Part shown: piece after piece, positions 28,276 to 36,812 of the stretch | Position numbering within the stretch: the first letter of the stretch is position 1 | Layout: each line of letters opens with the position of its first letter | Virus record (IMG/VR): IMGVR_UViG_3300025267_000047 | Coordinates: 1-38,037 of that record | From: a virus | Taxonomy: Duplodnaviria > Caudoviricetes | Direction: 5' to 3' (one strand) | Length of the DNA stretch: 38,037 bases | Position numbers and translations under genes: made by a program | The notes under the pieces: generated by a model | The model's input: the letters and a program-made list of their open reading frames with translations, nothing else | The model's database searches: none | What the model was told of the DNA's origin: nothing

Positions 28276-29337
28276 CTAAATTGCATCCACCATCTCTGCG
28301 TTAGACAGATTCAATACCGTCTTTGTTAGAGTCTTGAGGGCATCTTGCAAGGAGCATCCTATTGCATAGCCCAAATTAACAGGGACTGCATTTCCAATCT
28401 GTTTGTAAGCACTGGAGCGAGAACCTTCGAATTCCCATTCATCAGGAAAGGTTTGGATTCGGGCATACTCACGTACAGTAAGTGGTCGAGTTTCATCAGG
28501 GTGACAACGTTCTGTTTGCGTCTGAGCTGGAGAGCATGTCAGCGTGAGGCTTGGTTCATCCCAAGCTAATCTACGGGCATATCCAGTTCTGCCACCGCCA
28601 CCATAAAGGCTATTCTTCATGTATTCCACTTGGATATCTTCAGGTAGGCTTTTCCAGTTTTTACCTGGTTCAACCATATCCATGATTTCAGATTTTCTTT
28701 GAGAATAGACCGGTCCTTCAGATTGAGTAACATCGGTGTCATAAAGCTTTCCAGCTTTTAAGGCATCATGTAGGGTGAACATTTCATCAAGAGGCTTTGG
28801 GTATGTGAAAGACGTTTTTTCGATGAGATCCTTCCGTATTCCTACCAAGACCAAACGTTCTCTCCGTTGAGGTACACCATGTTGTACCGCCTTTAAGACC
28901 GTTGGCTCAACCAATGTATATCCAAGGTCATCAATGACGTTAGTTATGGTTTCCAGTGTCTTCCCACCATCATGGGACAGTAGACCTATGACGTTTTCTG
29001 CCACTATGAACTTAGGATTAACCTCTTTGACGGCTCTAGCAAATTCATAGAACATAGTCCCTCGAATATCATCAAAGCCTAATCGCTTTCCAGCCATAGA
29101 AAAGGCTTGGCATGGGAATCCACCAGCCAGTACATCAACTAGGTTATGGTACGGAGTGAAATCTATGGTGGAGACATCACCCTCTACGACATTCCAATCA
29201 GGACGATTCTTTCGGAGTGTGGCACATGCGTCTTTGTTGAATTCATTCAACAGGCAGGATTTGAACCCGGCTTTTTCAAGACCTAAGGCGAGTCCACCTG
29301 CACCGGCGAAAAGTTCTAAAACGGAATAGTGTTGCAT
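28276..29337 (-). CDS. DNA (cytosine-5) methyltransferase, M.Sau96I/Eco47II-like
   Basis: ELFAGAGG, GGFPCQAFS, ENV, QRRER, EPSLTLTCSPAQTQTERCHP, QIGNAVP; subfamily recognised from memory. Confidence 0.9.
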   Translation of the reverse strand: MQHYSVLELFAGAGGLALGLEKAGFKSCLLNEFNKDACATLRKNRPDWNVVEGDVSTIDFTPYHNLVDVLAGGFPCQAFSMAGKRLGFDDIRGTMFYEFARAVKEVNPKFIVAENVIGLLSHDGGKTLETITNVIDDLGYTLVEPTVLKAVQHGVPQRRERLVLVGIRKDLIEKTSFTYPKPLDEMFTLHDALKAGKLYDTDVTQSEGPVYSQRKSEIMDMVEPGKNWKSLPEDIQVEYMKNSLYGGGGRTGYARRLAWDEPSLTLTCSPAQTQTERCHPDETRPLTVREYARIQTFPDEWEFEGSRSSAYKQIGNAVPVNLGYAIGCSLQDALKTLTKTVLNLSNAEMVDAI

Positions 29338-29516
29338 TATTTTATTTCCTCTAATGTAGTTTCATATTGTTTGGTGATACTCCAATTGCCGATGCCATTG
29401 GTTAGAGAGGACCACCCACGCTCTCTGGCAATTCTCTCCGCATCTTCGGGAGAGTCAGCAACTATGTTGACTACTTCAACGATGGTCATTTCAAGTTCTA
29501 CGTTATACTCAGGCAT
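29337..29516 (-). CDS. 59-aa hypothetical protein, DpnD/PcfM-like pattern (absent from ORF track)
   Basis: MPEYNVELEMTIVEVVNIVADSPEDAERIARERGW...; TAATG-coupled on both sides. Confidence 0.65.
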   Translation of the reverse strand: MPEYNVELEMTIVEVVNIVADSPEDAERIARERGWSSLTNGIGNWSITKQYETTLEEIK

Positions 29517-29713
29517 TAAATTTTATCGGCTCCAAACAAGTCTCGAATTTCGGTCAATGTCCTAGCAATTCCATCGAATATAGAGTGTTGAAAATTCCTT
29601 TCATCAGCCCTAAATTTCTTCACCAAGTCTTCAGCATTGGTATCAAAGCCCTCAACTAAGAGGGCATTGATATCGATGTACGCTAGTTTAAGTAGATTTT
29701 TTTCGTCAGTCAT
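29516..29713 (-). CDS. hypothetical protein
   Basis: 65 aa, translationally coupled. Confidence 0.6.
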   Translation of the reverse strand: MTDEKNLLKLAYIDINALLVEGFDTNAEDLVKKFRADERNFQHSIFDGIARTLTEIRDLFGADKI

Positions 29714-30138
29714 TAGGCCACCTCTTGGGCTATAAGGTTTCCAAGGTCTTGACCTTGAGACGCTTTGTAAGCTATCACTACGCCTCGATGTTGAGCGACA
29801 AACTGAAGACCATTGTCTTTAACGATTATGATGTCATTCTTACGAGCCTTAGGTTTAAATCCCTTGACCGTGAACATCGTCCCATTGAAGTTGAACCTTG
29901 CTCCAAGCATTTCCAATGGCAAATCATACAGTTTGGCATATTTTTTGTAGTCAGCTTCGGCCTCAGTTTCACCATTGACGGCACTGAACAATTGTAGCTT
30001 CACATCGAGTTTGTCACCGTTATATCCAGCCGTACTTCTTGTAACTTTAATGTCGGGGTAGTTCGCATCCAAAAATTCTTGTACTACCCCTTCGATGCTG
30101 GTTCGGACTTCCCTTGCTATGTCTCTAGTAAATTCCAT
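29713..30138 (-). CDS. hypothetical phage protein
   Basis: 141 aa; GAGGA RBS. Confidence 0.7.
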   Translation of the reverse strand: MEFTRDIAREVRTSIEGVVQEFLDANYPDIKVTRSTAGYNGDKLDVKLQLFSAVNGETEAEADYKKYAKLYDLPLEMLGARFNFNGTMFTVKGFKPKARKNDIIIVKDNGLQFVAQHRGVVIAYKASQGQDLGNLIAQEVA

Positions 30139-30139
30139 G

Positions 30140-30394
30140 TTAGTAGTAATGTTCCTCTTTAAGATTTTGATTGAGATCCTCAGACAGAACCCATGTCCGA
30201 AAATCTTCGCCAGTGAGTCCAGTGATATCTTTGAGAAAGTTATCTAAACTTTCAAAGAGTTCCTCAGACGTTGGATTAATGAGCTCACCAAACCCGTCTG
30301 TTTCCATATCGGGTTCAGCTCCCATTTGTCCGTAGCACTCTTTCAGCAGTTGGACTGCGTGGGCTAGGGCAGAAGTGTTGCCAGTAGTTGCCAT
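30140..30394 (-). CDS. hypothetical protein
   Basis: ORF 30140..30436; ATG 30394 preferred (GGAGGT RBS, downstream of the promoter). Confidence 0.6.
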   Translation of the reverse strand: MATTGNTSALAHAVQLLKECYGQMGAEPDMETDGFGELINPTSEELFESLDNFLKDITGLTGEDFRTWVLSEDLNQNLKEEHYY

Positions 30395-30426
30395 CGATGT
30401 ACCTCCGTGTTTTTGATTACTAAGTA

Positions 30427-30455
30427 ACTTTACCACCTACTAAGGTCTAAGTCAA
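30427..30455 (-). promoter_or_regulatory. sigma70-type promoter
   Basis: TTGACT-17-TAAAGT with TGn extension. Confidence 0.65.
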
Positions 30456-30530
30456 GTACTTTGGCAGACCAATTTCAAAATTGGATGAAATTGGATTTAA
30501 AGGGGGCGGATGCCATCCTAGAAAGGATAC

Positions 30531-30726
30531 TAGTGACACCCATTATCAACCTTGTCTGCCCAGCCACTATCGTATGCGACAGGGAACATGCATAGCCCTG
30601 TACGCCCCGCAGATACCTAAAATGTACCCTTTAAGGGTAGTGGCGATAGGGTGTCCCTAAAATCCCCCCTAGGAGGAATTTAGGTTCACTGAGCTATCAT
30701 GGTTGGGAGGTTGAACCCCGGTTCAA
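30531..30726 (-). ncRNA. candidate structured RNA of unknown family
   Basis: Nested complementary segments gacaccc/gggtgtc, gccacta/tagtggc, acaggg/ccctgt, accct/agggt plus flanking hairpins; G-U pairs favour the - strand. Confidence 0.5.
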
Positions 30727-30729
30727 AGC

Positions 30730-31635
30730 CTACAGTGTAGGGGGAGTATCCTCGTCCAAATCCGATTCAGATTGGATGAGTTTCTCGTAATTTCCAGTGA
30801 AGTAAGTAACCAGTTTATCTAGATTCTGAGCGTACTCTTGAAGAGTTTGGATTCGCTCTTGGTATCCTTTTTCTCGTTCTTCTGCTTCGACCTTCCACTC
30901 CTTTAGCGCGGTGTATTGCTCAAGAAGTTGGGATCCTGCGGTGAGGCCGTTTTGCATCTGGCTGAGAATGTCTGGTTGGTCACCTGTTAGGTAGTTCTGA
31001 CCCTGAATAGATTCTACACTGGTAGGGATAGAAAAGGTAGGCTCTATCGGTTCGAGTGTAGCGTATTGGACCATCACATTCCAGTCATAGACGATTGCTG
31101 CCCGGTTCATTTTAATTCGCTGATGCAGGTCTTCTATCTCTTTACTGCGTCTTCCCCATCTTGGGATGTCATTGATACTGTTCTTGCTTAGAATCTGCTT
31201 AATCGTGTCCTCAGAGCGTCCGTAGAGGATAGATAGTTCATGCACAGTTTTCCCATTGGGGTTTTGGCGGTAGATGGTTAGATAGAAGTGTTCTTCATCT
31301 ATTGTCAGTGGATGTACATCGTCAAAGTGAGCTTTGTTCTGAACGGCGTTATCTAAAGACATCTCCCTTGCCGTAAGTGGGTCAGTGGAACATCCACGAT
31401 AATATCTACATGTGTGAGGAAATGGGTCTGCACTTGCCTTGTGATGGGAATCAATGTTTATCCCAGTTCCATATTTATTTGTTTGGACCTCTTTACCTGC
31501 CATAGCATCCTCATGTTGTCTATCTAATCTATCTTGTTTATGGACTCCGGACCTTCGCTTCCCAAGTTTGATTTTGTCTTGTTCATCCATCTCTAAGATA
31601 AGATGATTTTGATTTGGACTTTGCATCCCTACCAC
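30730..31635 (-). CDS. hypothetical protein with central HTH-like segment and C-terminal coiled coil
   Basis: TVHELSILYGRSEDTIKQIL; C-terminal heptad helix. Confidence 0.7.
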   Translation of the reverse strand: MVGMQSPNQNHLILEMDEQDKIKLGKRRSGVHKQDRLDRQHEDAMAGKEVQTNKYGTGINIDSHHKASADPFPHTCRYYRGCSTDPLTAREMSLDNAVQNKAHFDDVHPLTIDEEHFYLTIYRQNPNGKTVHELSILYGRSEDTIKQILSKNSINDIPRWGRRSKEIEDLHQRIKMNRAAIVYDWNVMVQYATLEPIEPTFSIPTSVESIQGQNYLTGDQPDILSQMQNGLTAGSQLLEQYTALKEWKVEAEEREKGYQERIQTLQEYAQNLDKLVTYFTGNYEKLIQSESDLDEDTPPTL

Positions 31636-31641
31636 CTCTTT

Positions 31642-31986
31642 TTAATTTAAAGTTTTGTTTTTAACGTTTGCACTTAATTCGGTGTGCATCTTCTTTACCG
31701 CACTTAATACTTCTGAGATACCATTTATTGGACATTCACTTTTATGCTCTCTAGCATTGTCCTGTTTCCAATTAGGGATCCCCTCACCACAGAAACGGCA
31801 CAAGATATGTCCATCTTCCACATCGACTGTAAGGCAATTAAAAATAACTTCTTTATTTGCTAGCAGAGATTTACGAGTTAAATCTGCCCATTGTTTTAAG
31901 AAGTCTACAACCTCAGAGCCAATAGATTCATTTAATTGTTCTGCAATGCTTGATGGGATATTAAATCCGTCTATACTATCGTTCAT
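31642..31986 (-). CDS. hypothetical zinc-binding protein
   Basis: CRFC...HKSECP; AGGAG upstream. Confidence 0.65.
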   Translation of the reverse strand: MNDSIDGFNIPSSIAEQLNESIGSEVVDFLKQWADLTRKSLLANKEVIFNCLTVDVEDGHILCRFCGEGIPNWKQDNAREHKSECPINGISEVLSAVKKMHTELSANVKNKTLN

Positions 31987-32040
31987 TTTTATTTTTTAAT
32001 CTCCTATTTAATTATTTATTCTTCCCCCTATAATATTAAA

Positions 32041-32685
32041 TTAACCACGCGTACCGGGACTTTTCTCATCTAATGGCATCGATGGTAATGTGGGTAATGG
32101 TTCTTCAAATCCGGCATACAAAAAATCAACTTCATCTGGTTTGATATTTAATTCTTTCAAGATTTCATTCTGAAGGTTCATAGGGATTTGATTCCTCGAA
32201 TCATCCTTCCATTCAACAAATTTTTGGCGCACTTCTTCGAGTGCTTCATCGTTTTCTATTGGTAATGTTAATAACATCATATCGTTTAACCCACCAAAGT
32301 GTTCTATCCGATATAGTTCAGCCTCTTTAATCGCTATCAATCTATCGTAATACCCACTATCTTCCGGGGGGTTCCAATTAGTTATACCATCTCTATAAAG
32401 GTTAAGACTTAGACCTATCATCCTAGAGACTACATAGGATTGATGATATCTATTTCCAGTAGAATCATTCAGTTCTCGAATCTCATTCGTCCCCATCAGG
32501 ATCCGGATATATAGATTGCTGGTTTTATTGAATTGGGTTAGGGATTCCATAACCATGACCCGTTCATCAAGAACAGGTTGGACCATGGGAGTAGGTGTAG
32601 GAATCTCTGGCGGGGTATTAGTACAACCTATTATACCAATACCAACCATAAGGATAATAACCATAAGGATATGATTCATAACCAT
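32041..32685 (-). CDS. putative lipoprotein
   Basis: Hydrophobic signal ending IIG-C, then Pro/Thr linker TNTPPEIPTPTP. Confidence 0.65.
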   Translation of the reverse strand: MVMNHILMVIILMVGIGIIGCTNTPPEIPTPTPMVQPVLDERVMVMESLTQFNKTSNLYIRILMGTNEIRELNDSTGNRYHQSYVVSRMIGLSLNLYRDGITNWNPPEDSGYYDRLIAIKEAELYRIEHFGGLNDMMLLTLPIENDEALEEVRQKFVEWKDDSRNQIPMNLQNEILKELNIKPDEVDFLYAGFEEPLPTLPSMPLDEKSPGTRG

Positions 32686-32727
32686 AACTTCAGAACCATA
32701 ACCATAAGTAAGACCATAACCATAAGG
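32645..32727. repeat. cluster of short direct repeats ACCATAA(G/C)
   Basis: Seven ACCATAA units within about 85 bp, spanning the lipoprotein 5' end. Confidence 0.75.
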
Positions 32728-32810
32728 TAAGGCATACTTACAGTAGTAGGACTATTTTGTAATCCTACTTGAATCCTTCTATCATCCCCCCATCCACACC
32801 ACCTCACTCA

Positions 32811-32839
32811 ATCCTATAGCCCCTATAGCCCCAAGTCAA
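32811..32839 (-). promoter_or_regulatory. sigma70-type promoter
   Basis: TTGACT-17-TAGGAT on the - strand. Confidence 0.5.
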
Positions 32840-32948
32840 TAACTATTTACTTTCTTGTACTTTGTCTTTATCTTAACAAAATAGGAAATACATCGGAGAA
32901 TACCTAGAATATACCATCTAGTTTATTGCCACTTTTATAATTTATAGT

Positions 32949-33065
32949 CAAGGCCACGAGAACCCATCGGCTCATGCTCATACGGCCCCGACAGCCAGAG
33001 GCTAAAACCATAGGCTATCGGCTCCAATGTGCCATTGGGTCCGAAGCCCCGGTTTTGTGGCCTTG
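32949..33065 (+). ncRNA. candidate structured element or RNA
   Basis: Closing stem caaggccac/gtggccttg extended by G-U pairs on the + strand; inner stems ccaatg/cattgg, tcgg/ccga, agcc/ggct; TATAAT at 32936-32941. Confidence 0.4.
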
Positions 33066-33112
33066 GGCGCTCCGACGACTACCCGCACCACCCGTAACTA
33101 TCCGCCGGAGCC

Positions 33113-33128
33113 TAAGGGAAAGATGATC
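33113..33128. repeat. intergenic conserved motif copy 1 (TAAGGGAAAGATGATC)
   Basis: 15/16 identical to copies 2 and 4. Confidence 0.85.
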
Positions 33129-33143
33129 GAGCTCACGGTCCAC

Positions 33144-33183
33144 AAAAAAAGACCCGGCACCAGGGATGGTGTCGAGTCTTTTT
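33144..33183. terminator. intrinsic terminator, probably bidirectional
   Basis: A-tract, gacccggcacca/tggtgtcgagtc stem, T-tract. Confidence 0.8.
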
Positions 33184-33203
33184 CAGGAGATATGTAGTAT
33201 TAG

Positions 33204-33920
33204 TTAGAGGCTATCTGTTCTATTCGCCTGCCATATAGCATTGGCAAACCCACGGGGTGTGGCAGACCGTATGTTCTTGGTCTTAAGGGATTTCCCACCC
33301 AGCTTCAGGTGTTGTGGGGAATACTTATAGTCGGTAGGTAGTTCCACAGGTTTCTTCTCTGGCATATGGAATTCTATTTGATGACCATTCTTTACCCATA
33401 AGCATGTCTTCTTGGTATAAGCATCTCTGGAAGGTATAAGGTCATAAGGGGATTCATCATCCGCCGGAAGATAACCACCATATTCATAAGGGTGGAAAGT
33501 GTAGTCAGGTTTCCGCCATTCAGAACTTATGACTGAGACGGGATTCTCAATCATACAGGGAAGATCATAACCATAAGCAAGATTACCAGCAAAATAAACC
33601 ATATCCATAGCCTTTTGTCGGTATAAGGGGTCAATCATAAGCTTCTTAGCGAAGTGAGATGCACCAGAGACAGCCAAGTCAGTACAGGGCGGGAAGCTGA
33701 ATAGCATCTCCACCCTATAGTCTTGGACTAGTCTGGCGATAATGAGGTTCCAGTCCTGATAGTCCCCAGAGACTTTGACGGGGTTCGCCCCTGCCATTAG
33801 TTGGTCAGGTATGGGTACGTCAGGATGCTGGATATCAAAGATGAAGCATTGGTATCCGTCCTTTACCCAAGGTTCTACCATTGCTCCTGTTAGATCGAAT
33901 AAAGACAATACAGCTTTCAT
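33204..33920 (-). CDS. short phage-type DNA cytosine methyltransferase-like protein
   Basis: SLFDLTG, FPPCTDLAVSGA, IENPVS, YTKKTCLW, RSATPRGFA. Confidence 0.8.
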   Translation of the reverse strand: MKAVLSLFDLTGAMVEPWVKDGYQCFIFDIQHPDVPIPDQLMAGANPVKVSGDYQDWNLIIARLVQDYRVEMLFSFPPCTDLAVSGASHFAKKLMIDPLYRQKAMDMVYFAGNLAYGYDLPCMIENPVSVISSEWRKPDYTFHPYEYGGYLPADDESPYDLIPSRDAYTKKTCLWVKNGHQIEFHMPEKKPVELPTDYKYSPQHLKLGGKSLKTKNIRSATPRGFANAIWQANRTDSL

Positions 33921-33955
33921 ACAGTTCTCCGCCGTTTCGGTTTGGTCACTATCTA

Positions 33956-33984
33956 ATTATACACCCGCAGATGTTCCAAGTCAA
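33956..33984 (-). promoter_or_regulatory. sigma70-type promoter
   Basis: TTGACT-17-TATAAT on the - strand. Confidence 0.85.
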
Positions 33985-34027
33985 GACCCAATCTGACGAC
34001 ATCAGCCGCACAAGCTGCCTGGGACCT

Positions 34028-34043
34028 TAAGGAAAAGATGATC
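34028..34043. repeat. intergenic conserved motif copy 2 (TAAGGAAAAGATGATC)
   Basis: Identical to copy 4; enclosed by tgggacc/ggtccca. Confidence 0.9.
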
Positions 34044-34065
34044 TGCCGCTCCGGCAGGTCCCAAT

Positions 34066-34106
34066 AAAAAACTCCGGGGTCAAGGCCAACCCCGGAGTTT
34101 ATTTTT
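34066..34106. terminator. intrinsic terminator, probably bidirectional
   Basis: A-tract, actccgggg/ccccggagt stem, T-rich tail. Confidence 0.85.
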
Positions 34107-34142
34107 GTGGAAGTTACAGTGGAGATGTAACTTCGACAATGA

Positions 34143-34424
34143 TTATAGCATAGTATCGTTAGTTGTCATCCTATTTAATATTCGATTCCGTTCATACTCT
34201 AGATGGTATTCGCAAAGGGTACGTTTATATTCAATAGGTTTACTGCATCGCACACATAAACCATTAAAAGGACGCTGTGTGCGCTTTTGTCGGTTCTTGA
34301 TGGACTGCATATAATGGTGTTCACATAAAGCATAAACATGTCCAGTACCGGGATTAATATATTTATTCCGGGGACACCATAAGCATGTCCCTGTCGTCTT
34401 ATATTTAATCCTTGTCGCATTCAT
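34143..34424 (-). CDS. tandem CxxC...CxxH zinc-finger protein
   Basis: CLWC...LCEHH, CVRC...LCEYH; start MNATRIK at 34424 preferred. Confidence 0.6.
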   Translation of the reverse strand: MNATRIKYKTTGTCLWCPRNKYINPGTGHVYALCEHHYMQSIKNRQKRTQRPFNGLCVRCSKPIEYKRTLCEYHLEYERNRILNRMTTNDTML

Positions 34425-34785
34425 TATATGCCCACCCCTTCCCAGTAGCATCCAAGAACACGACATCAGCAACTTCAATAGGTTTACCATCATGCATGAA
34501 GGTGTCACTCTTGTAGGGATTATAACTGATATGACCAATACATTCCAGATCTCTTGGACCTTCCATCATGGCCTTGAATGTACCAGCGACCTTGGTTTCA
34601 CCCCGGACGAATGCATGTACATTCTTACGTTGCTCTCGTAGCACCTTTGCACGGCCTGCCGGACGTACTACAAATTTGGCATTATGGATAGCAATGAAAT
34701 CAACATGGTTCACCACTCTCCCGGTTTTGGTGTCACGGACAGACCAACAATTTTTATGTAAGTTGCGATAAACTTCGACTTTCAT
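34405..34785 (-). CDS. conserved phage hypothetical protein
   Basis: VYRNLHKNCWSV...GRVV...AGRAKVLREQRKNVHAFVRG...YNPYK, a pattern I recall from many phages. Confidence 0.75.
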   Translation of the reverse strand: MKVEVYRNLHKNCWSVRDTKTGRVVNHVDFIAIHNAKFVVRPAGRAKVLREQRKNVHAFVRGETKVAGTFKAMMEGPRDLECIGHISYNPYKSDTFMHDGKPIEVADVVFLDATGKGWAYNECDKD

Positions 34786-34788
34786 GGT

Positions 34789-35487
34789 TTAGATCCTTTC
34801 GTTTAATAGGGCAGTTTTATTCACTTCGGCCTTGAAACACCACTTGCATTTTTCGCAGGTGGTTTTGGTTATGCCATTCTCAGTGGGACAGACTAGGTTA
34901 CCATTGACCCGTTTGACCACAGCAAAGCGATTGTCACGGAACACAACGTGAGTATCAGGTTGCACGAGATGGGAATCATTATCATCCACCATCATAAAGG
35001 CAGTGCGGTATCCGTCCCATAGGGTAGGGTCAGGATATCCCGTATCACGGTCACAGGACAGCAATAGGGTCATGTTTGGGAGATTGGCTAGTTCTTGTAG
35101 GCATTCCACCATTTCAGGCATACGCCAAGACCGAGTATAAGCAAAGAATTGGATATTAGGATTTTCAGTCATAAGCTTAATCCAAGCATAAGCATAAGAC
35201 GGGTCGAAGAAATCACCTGCGACGTGTAGACGCATCACATCTCCATCGTGAATCTTAGCAGGCAGTTCGAAGCTATCCCCATTGTCGAGTGCCTCTAGGA
35301 CTGCGACGTAAGTATTCTGATGGGATTTCAGGACAGTGGGCCGACGCTTGTATATCTTTAATACGTAGCACTTCCCATCTGGGCCTGCACAGGCGGCAGA
35401 CATTCCACCACATGTTTCGACTGCTGGAATGGACATATTCCAGATGTTGCCAAGCTTCATATTTTTAGGTTGGACTTTAAGTTGCAT
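34789..35487 (-). CDS. GP88-family phage protein
   Basis: SIPAVETC...C...CY, RLHVAGDF, FFAYTRSW, C-terminal CEKCKWC; ATG 35487 preferred (GAGGAG RBS, promoter). Confidence 0.75.
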   Translation of the reverse strand: MQLKVQPKNMKLGNIWNMSIPAVETCGGMSAACAGPDGKCYVLKIYKRRPTVLKSHQNTYVAVLEALDNGDSFELPAKIHDGDVMRLHVAGDFFDPSYAYAWIKLMTENPNIQFFAYTRSWRMPEMVECLQELANLPNMTLLLSCDRDTGYPDPTLWDGYRTAFMMVDDNDSHLVQPDTHVVFRDNRFAVVKRVNGNLVCPTENGITKTTCEKCKWCFKAEVNKTALLNERI

Positions 35488-35516
35488 CTCATTGCTCCTC
35501 AGTTGGTATACATCTA

Positions 35517-35545
35517 ATGATACTCTCATTGGGGTCCGATGTCAA
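35517..35545 (-). promoter_or_regulatory. sigma70-type promoter
   Basis: TTGACA-17-TATCAT on the - strand. Confidence 0.75.
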
Positions 35546-35581
35546 TACCCAATTTCCGAGTGATCTGGGTCCCTGGTGGCT

Positions 35582-35598
35582 TAAGGAAAAGATGGATC
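35582..35598. repeat. intergenic conserved motif copy 3 (TAAGGAAAAGATGGATC)
   Basis: Consensus with a single G insertion. Confidence 0.85.
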
Positions 35599-35606
35599 CG
35601 CGGCAT

Positions 35607-35636
35607 AAAAAAACCAGGGACCTTAATCCCTGGTTT
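35607..35636 (-). terminator. intrinsic terminator
   Basis: aaaccaggga/tccctggttt stem with T7 tail on the - strand. Confidence 0.75.
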
Positions 35637-35811
35637 CTAGAGCGGCCCATTTGGAGTCAAGCCAATTTCGAGGACTCCGAAATGATTCTGTCCATTCTTT
35701 GCGACAGGGCAGACACATCTGTCGTGTCTCAAAGACTTTTGCCTGCGGATGGATAGCGAAGTTACTTCGACAGACACAGCAGTTCTTACGCTTCCACATG
35801 TTGCCCCACAA
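35623..35811 (-). CDS. small CxxC protein
   Basis: CCVC...CLPC; start uncertain. Confidence 0.45.
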   Translation of the reverse strand: MWGNMWKRKNCCVCRSNFAIHPQAKVFETRQMCLPCRKEWTESFRSPRNWLDSKWAALETRD

Positions 35812-35965
35812 GTATGGTTTTATCGTGGTTAGGTTTATTGGCTGGGTTCATTTCCATAATCCAACCTTCACAGCAAGCATGAGCATCAGCGGCATCATCA
35901 AAGGATTCATATGGGCCATAGGCTTTGTATCCTTCAGTTAAATTACCTTCCATCATTATAAACAT
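35786..35965 (-). CDS. 59-aa hypothetical protein (absent from ORF track)
   Basis: MFIMMEGNLTEGYKAYGPYESFDDAADAHACCEGWIMEMNP...; AGGAG RBS. Confidence 0.65.
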   Translation of the reverse strand: MFIMMEGNLTEGYKAYGPYESFDDAADAHACCEGWIMEMNPANKPNHDKTILVGQHVEA

Positions 35966-36197
35966 CTAGTTTTTCTCCTGTAAATTTATCGTAGAGTGGG
36001 CCTTGAGGGGGAACGCAGTCACATCGACGTTCTACCCATGAGGCAAAGCATACGGGACAACTGCCACAGTCTAGGCATATCCAATCCCCGGAAATGAATG
36101 AACCATCAGGCATAAGGTCTACTACATCATACCCCTCTGGTTCCTCCCATTCAAACTTCTCGTGGCATTTATCACAAGTAATATAATTAGTAGTCAT
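35943..36197 (-). CDS. Cys-rich hypothetical protein
   Basis: CDKC, CLDC, CPVC. Confidence 0.6.
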   Translation of the reverse strand: MTTNYITCDKCHEKFEWEEPEGYDVVDLMPDGSFISGDWICLDCGSCPVCFASWVERRCDCVPPQGPLYDKFTGEKLDVYNDGR

Positions 36198-36382
36198 TAT
36201 TCATCTCCGGTGATTTCTTTCATTTCGGCATAGTTGGTATTAAAGTCCTCTATGCCTTCAGGACTAGAATAGTATTCCGCTAGATGTGATTTAACGTAAT
36301 CTTCTAATGCTGACACATCCATAGCGTCAACGATAAATTCTACAAGTTCACCTATCTGTAATTGTTTTGTTACGTCAGTCAT
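36197..36382 (-). CDS. small acidic hypothetical protein
   Basis: 61 aa, translationally coupled on both sides. Confidence 0.6.
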   Translation of the reverse strand: MTDVTKQLQIGELVEFIVDAMDVSALEDYVKSHLAEYYSSPEGIEDFNTNYAEMKEITGDE

Positions 36383-36753
36383 CAGCTAGATGCGTATCCA
36401 GTGAATAGGTATTCCGTGTCGGACAGGGAGATGCACAGAGCTGGCCCCCACTTCTCCTGATAGATGTTGTGCATCTTCTGGATGTTGAACTTCGGGTAGA
36501 GTGCCTGTAATGGCTCTAGGTCGGGTAGACCGTAGCTGTCATACATGACTCCTTCCAGTTGTTCTACCATTTTCCTAACTGAATCTCGTCTCATTCCTTT
36601 TGGACGAATGAACTCCACGAAGTCATTCTTCTCTGCGATGGTTCCAGTGTAACCCGCATGACCATGATCCCATTGTGCTTTTTCGACTAGCTTATCGAAA
36701 GCGTGTTGGGCAGTTTTGCCTTTGCCTATGTTTAGAAATGATTCTGCACCCAT
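36382..36753 (-). CDS. conserved phage hypothetical protein
   Basis: MGAESF...HGHAGYTGTIAEK...KWGPA...YLFTGYASS; AGGAG RBS. Confidence 0.75.
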   Translation of the reverse strand: MGAESFLNIGKGKTAQHAFDKLVEKAQWDHGHAGYTGTIAEKNDFVEFIRPKGMRRDSVRKMVEQLEGVMYDSYGLPDLEPLQALYPKFNIQKMHNIYQEKWGPALCISLSDTEYLFTGYASS

Positions 36754-36783
36754 GTATGTTCTCCTTTGTTTTAGTGTTCTTTA

Positions 36784-36812
36784 ATAATACACCTATTATC
36801 TGTCCAAGTCAA
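36784..36812 (-). promoter_or_regulatory. sigma70-type promoter
   Basis: TTGACT-17-TATTAT on the - strand. Confidence 0.75.

Noticed and set aside
30560-30615. Resemblance to a cobalamin riboswitch (AGGGAA, GCCCCGCA, GCCACT)
   Set aside because: Elements are in the wrong order, no B12 box, and the strand is opposite to the flanking genes
30700-30726. tRNA-like GGTTCAA...ACCA on the - strand
   Set aside because: No acceptor, D or anticodon arm can be built
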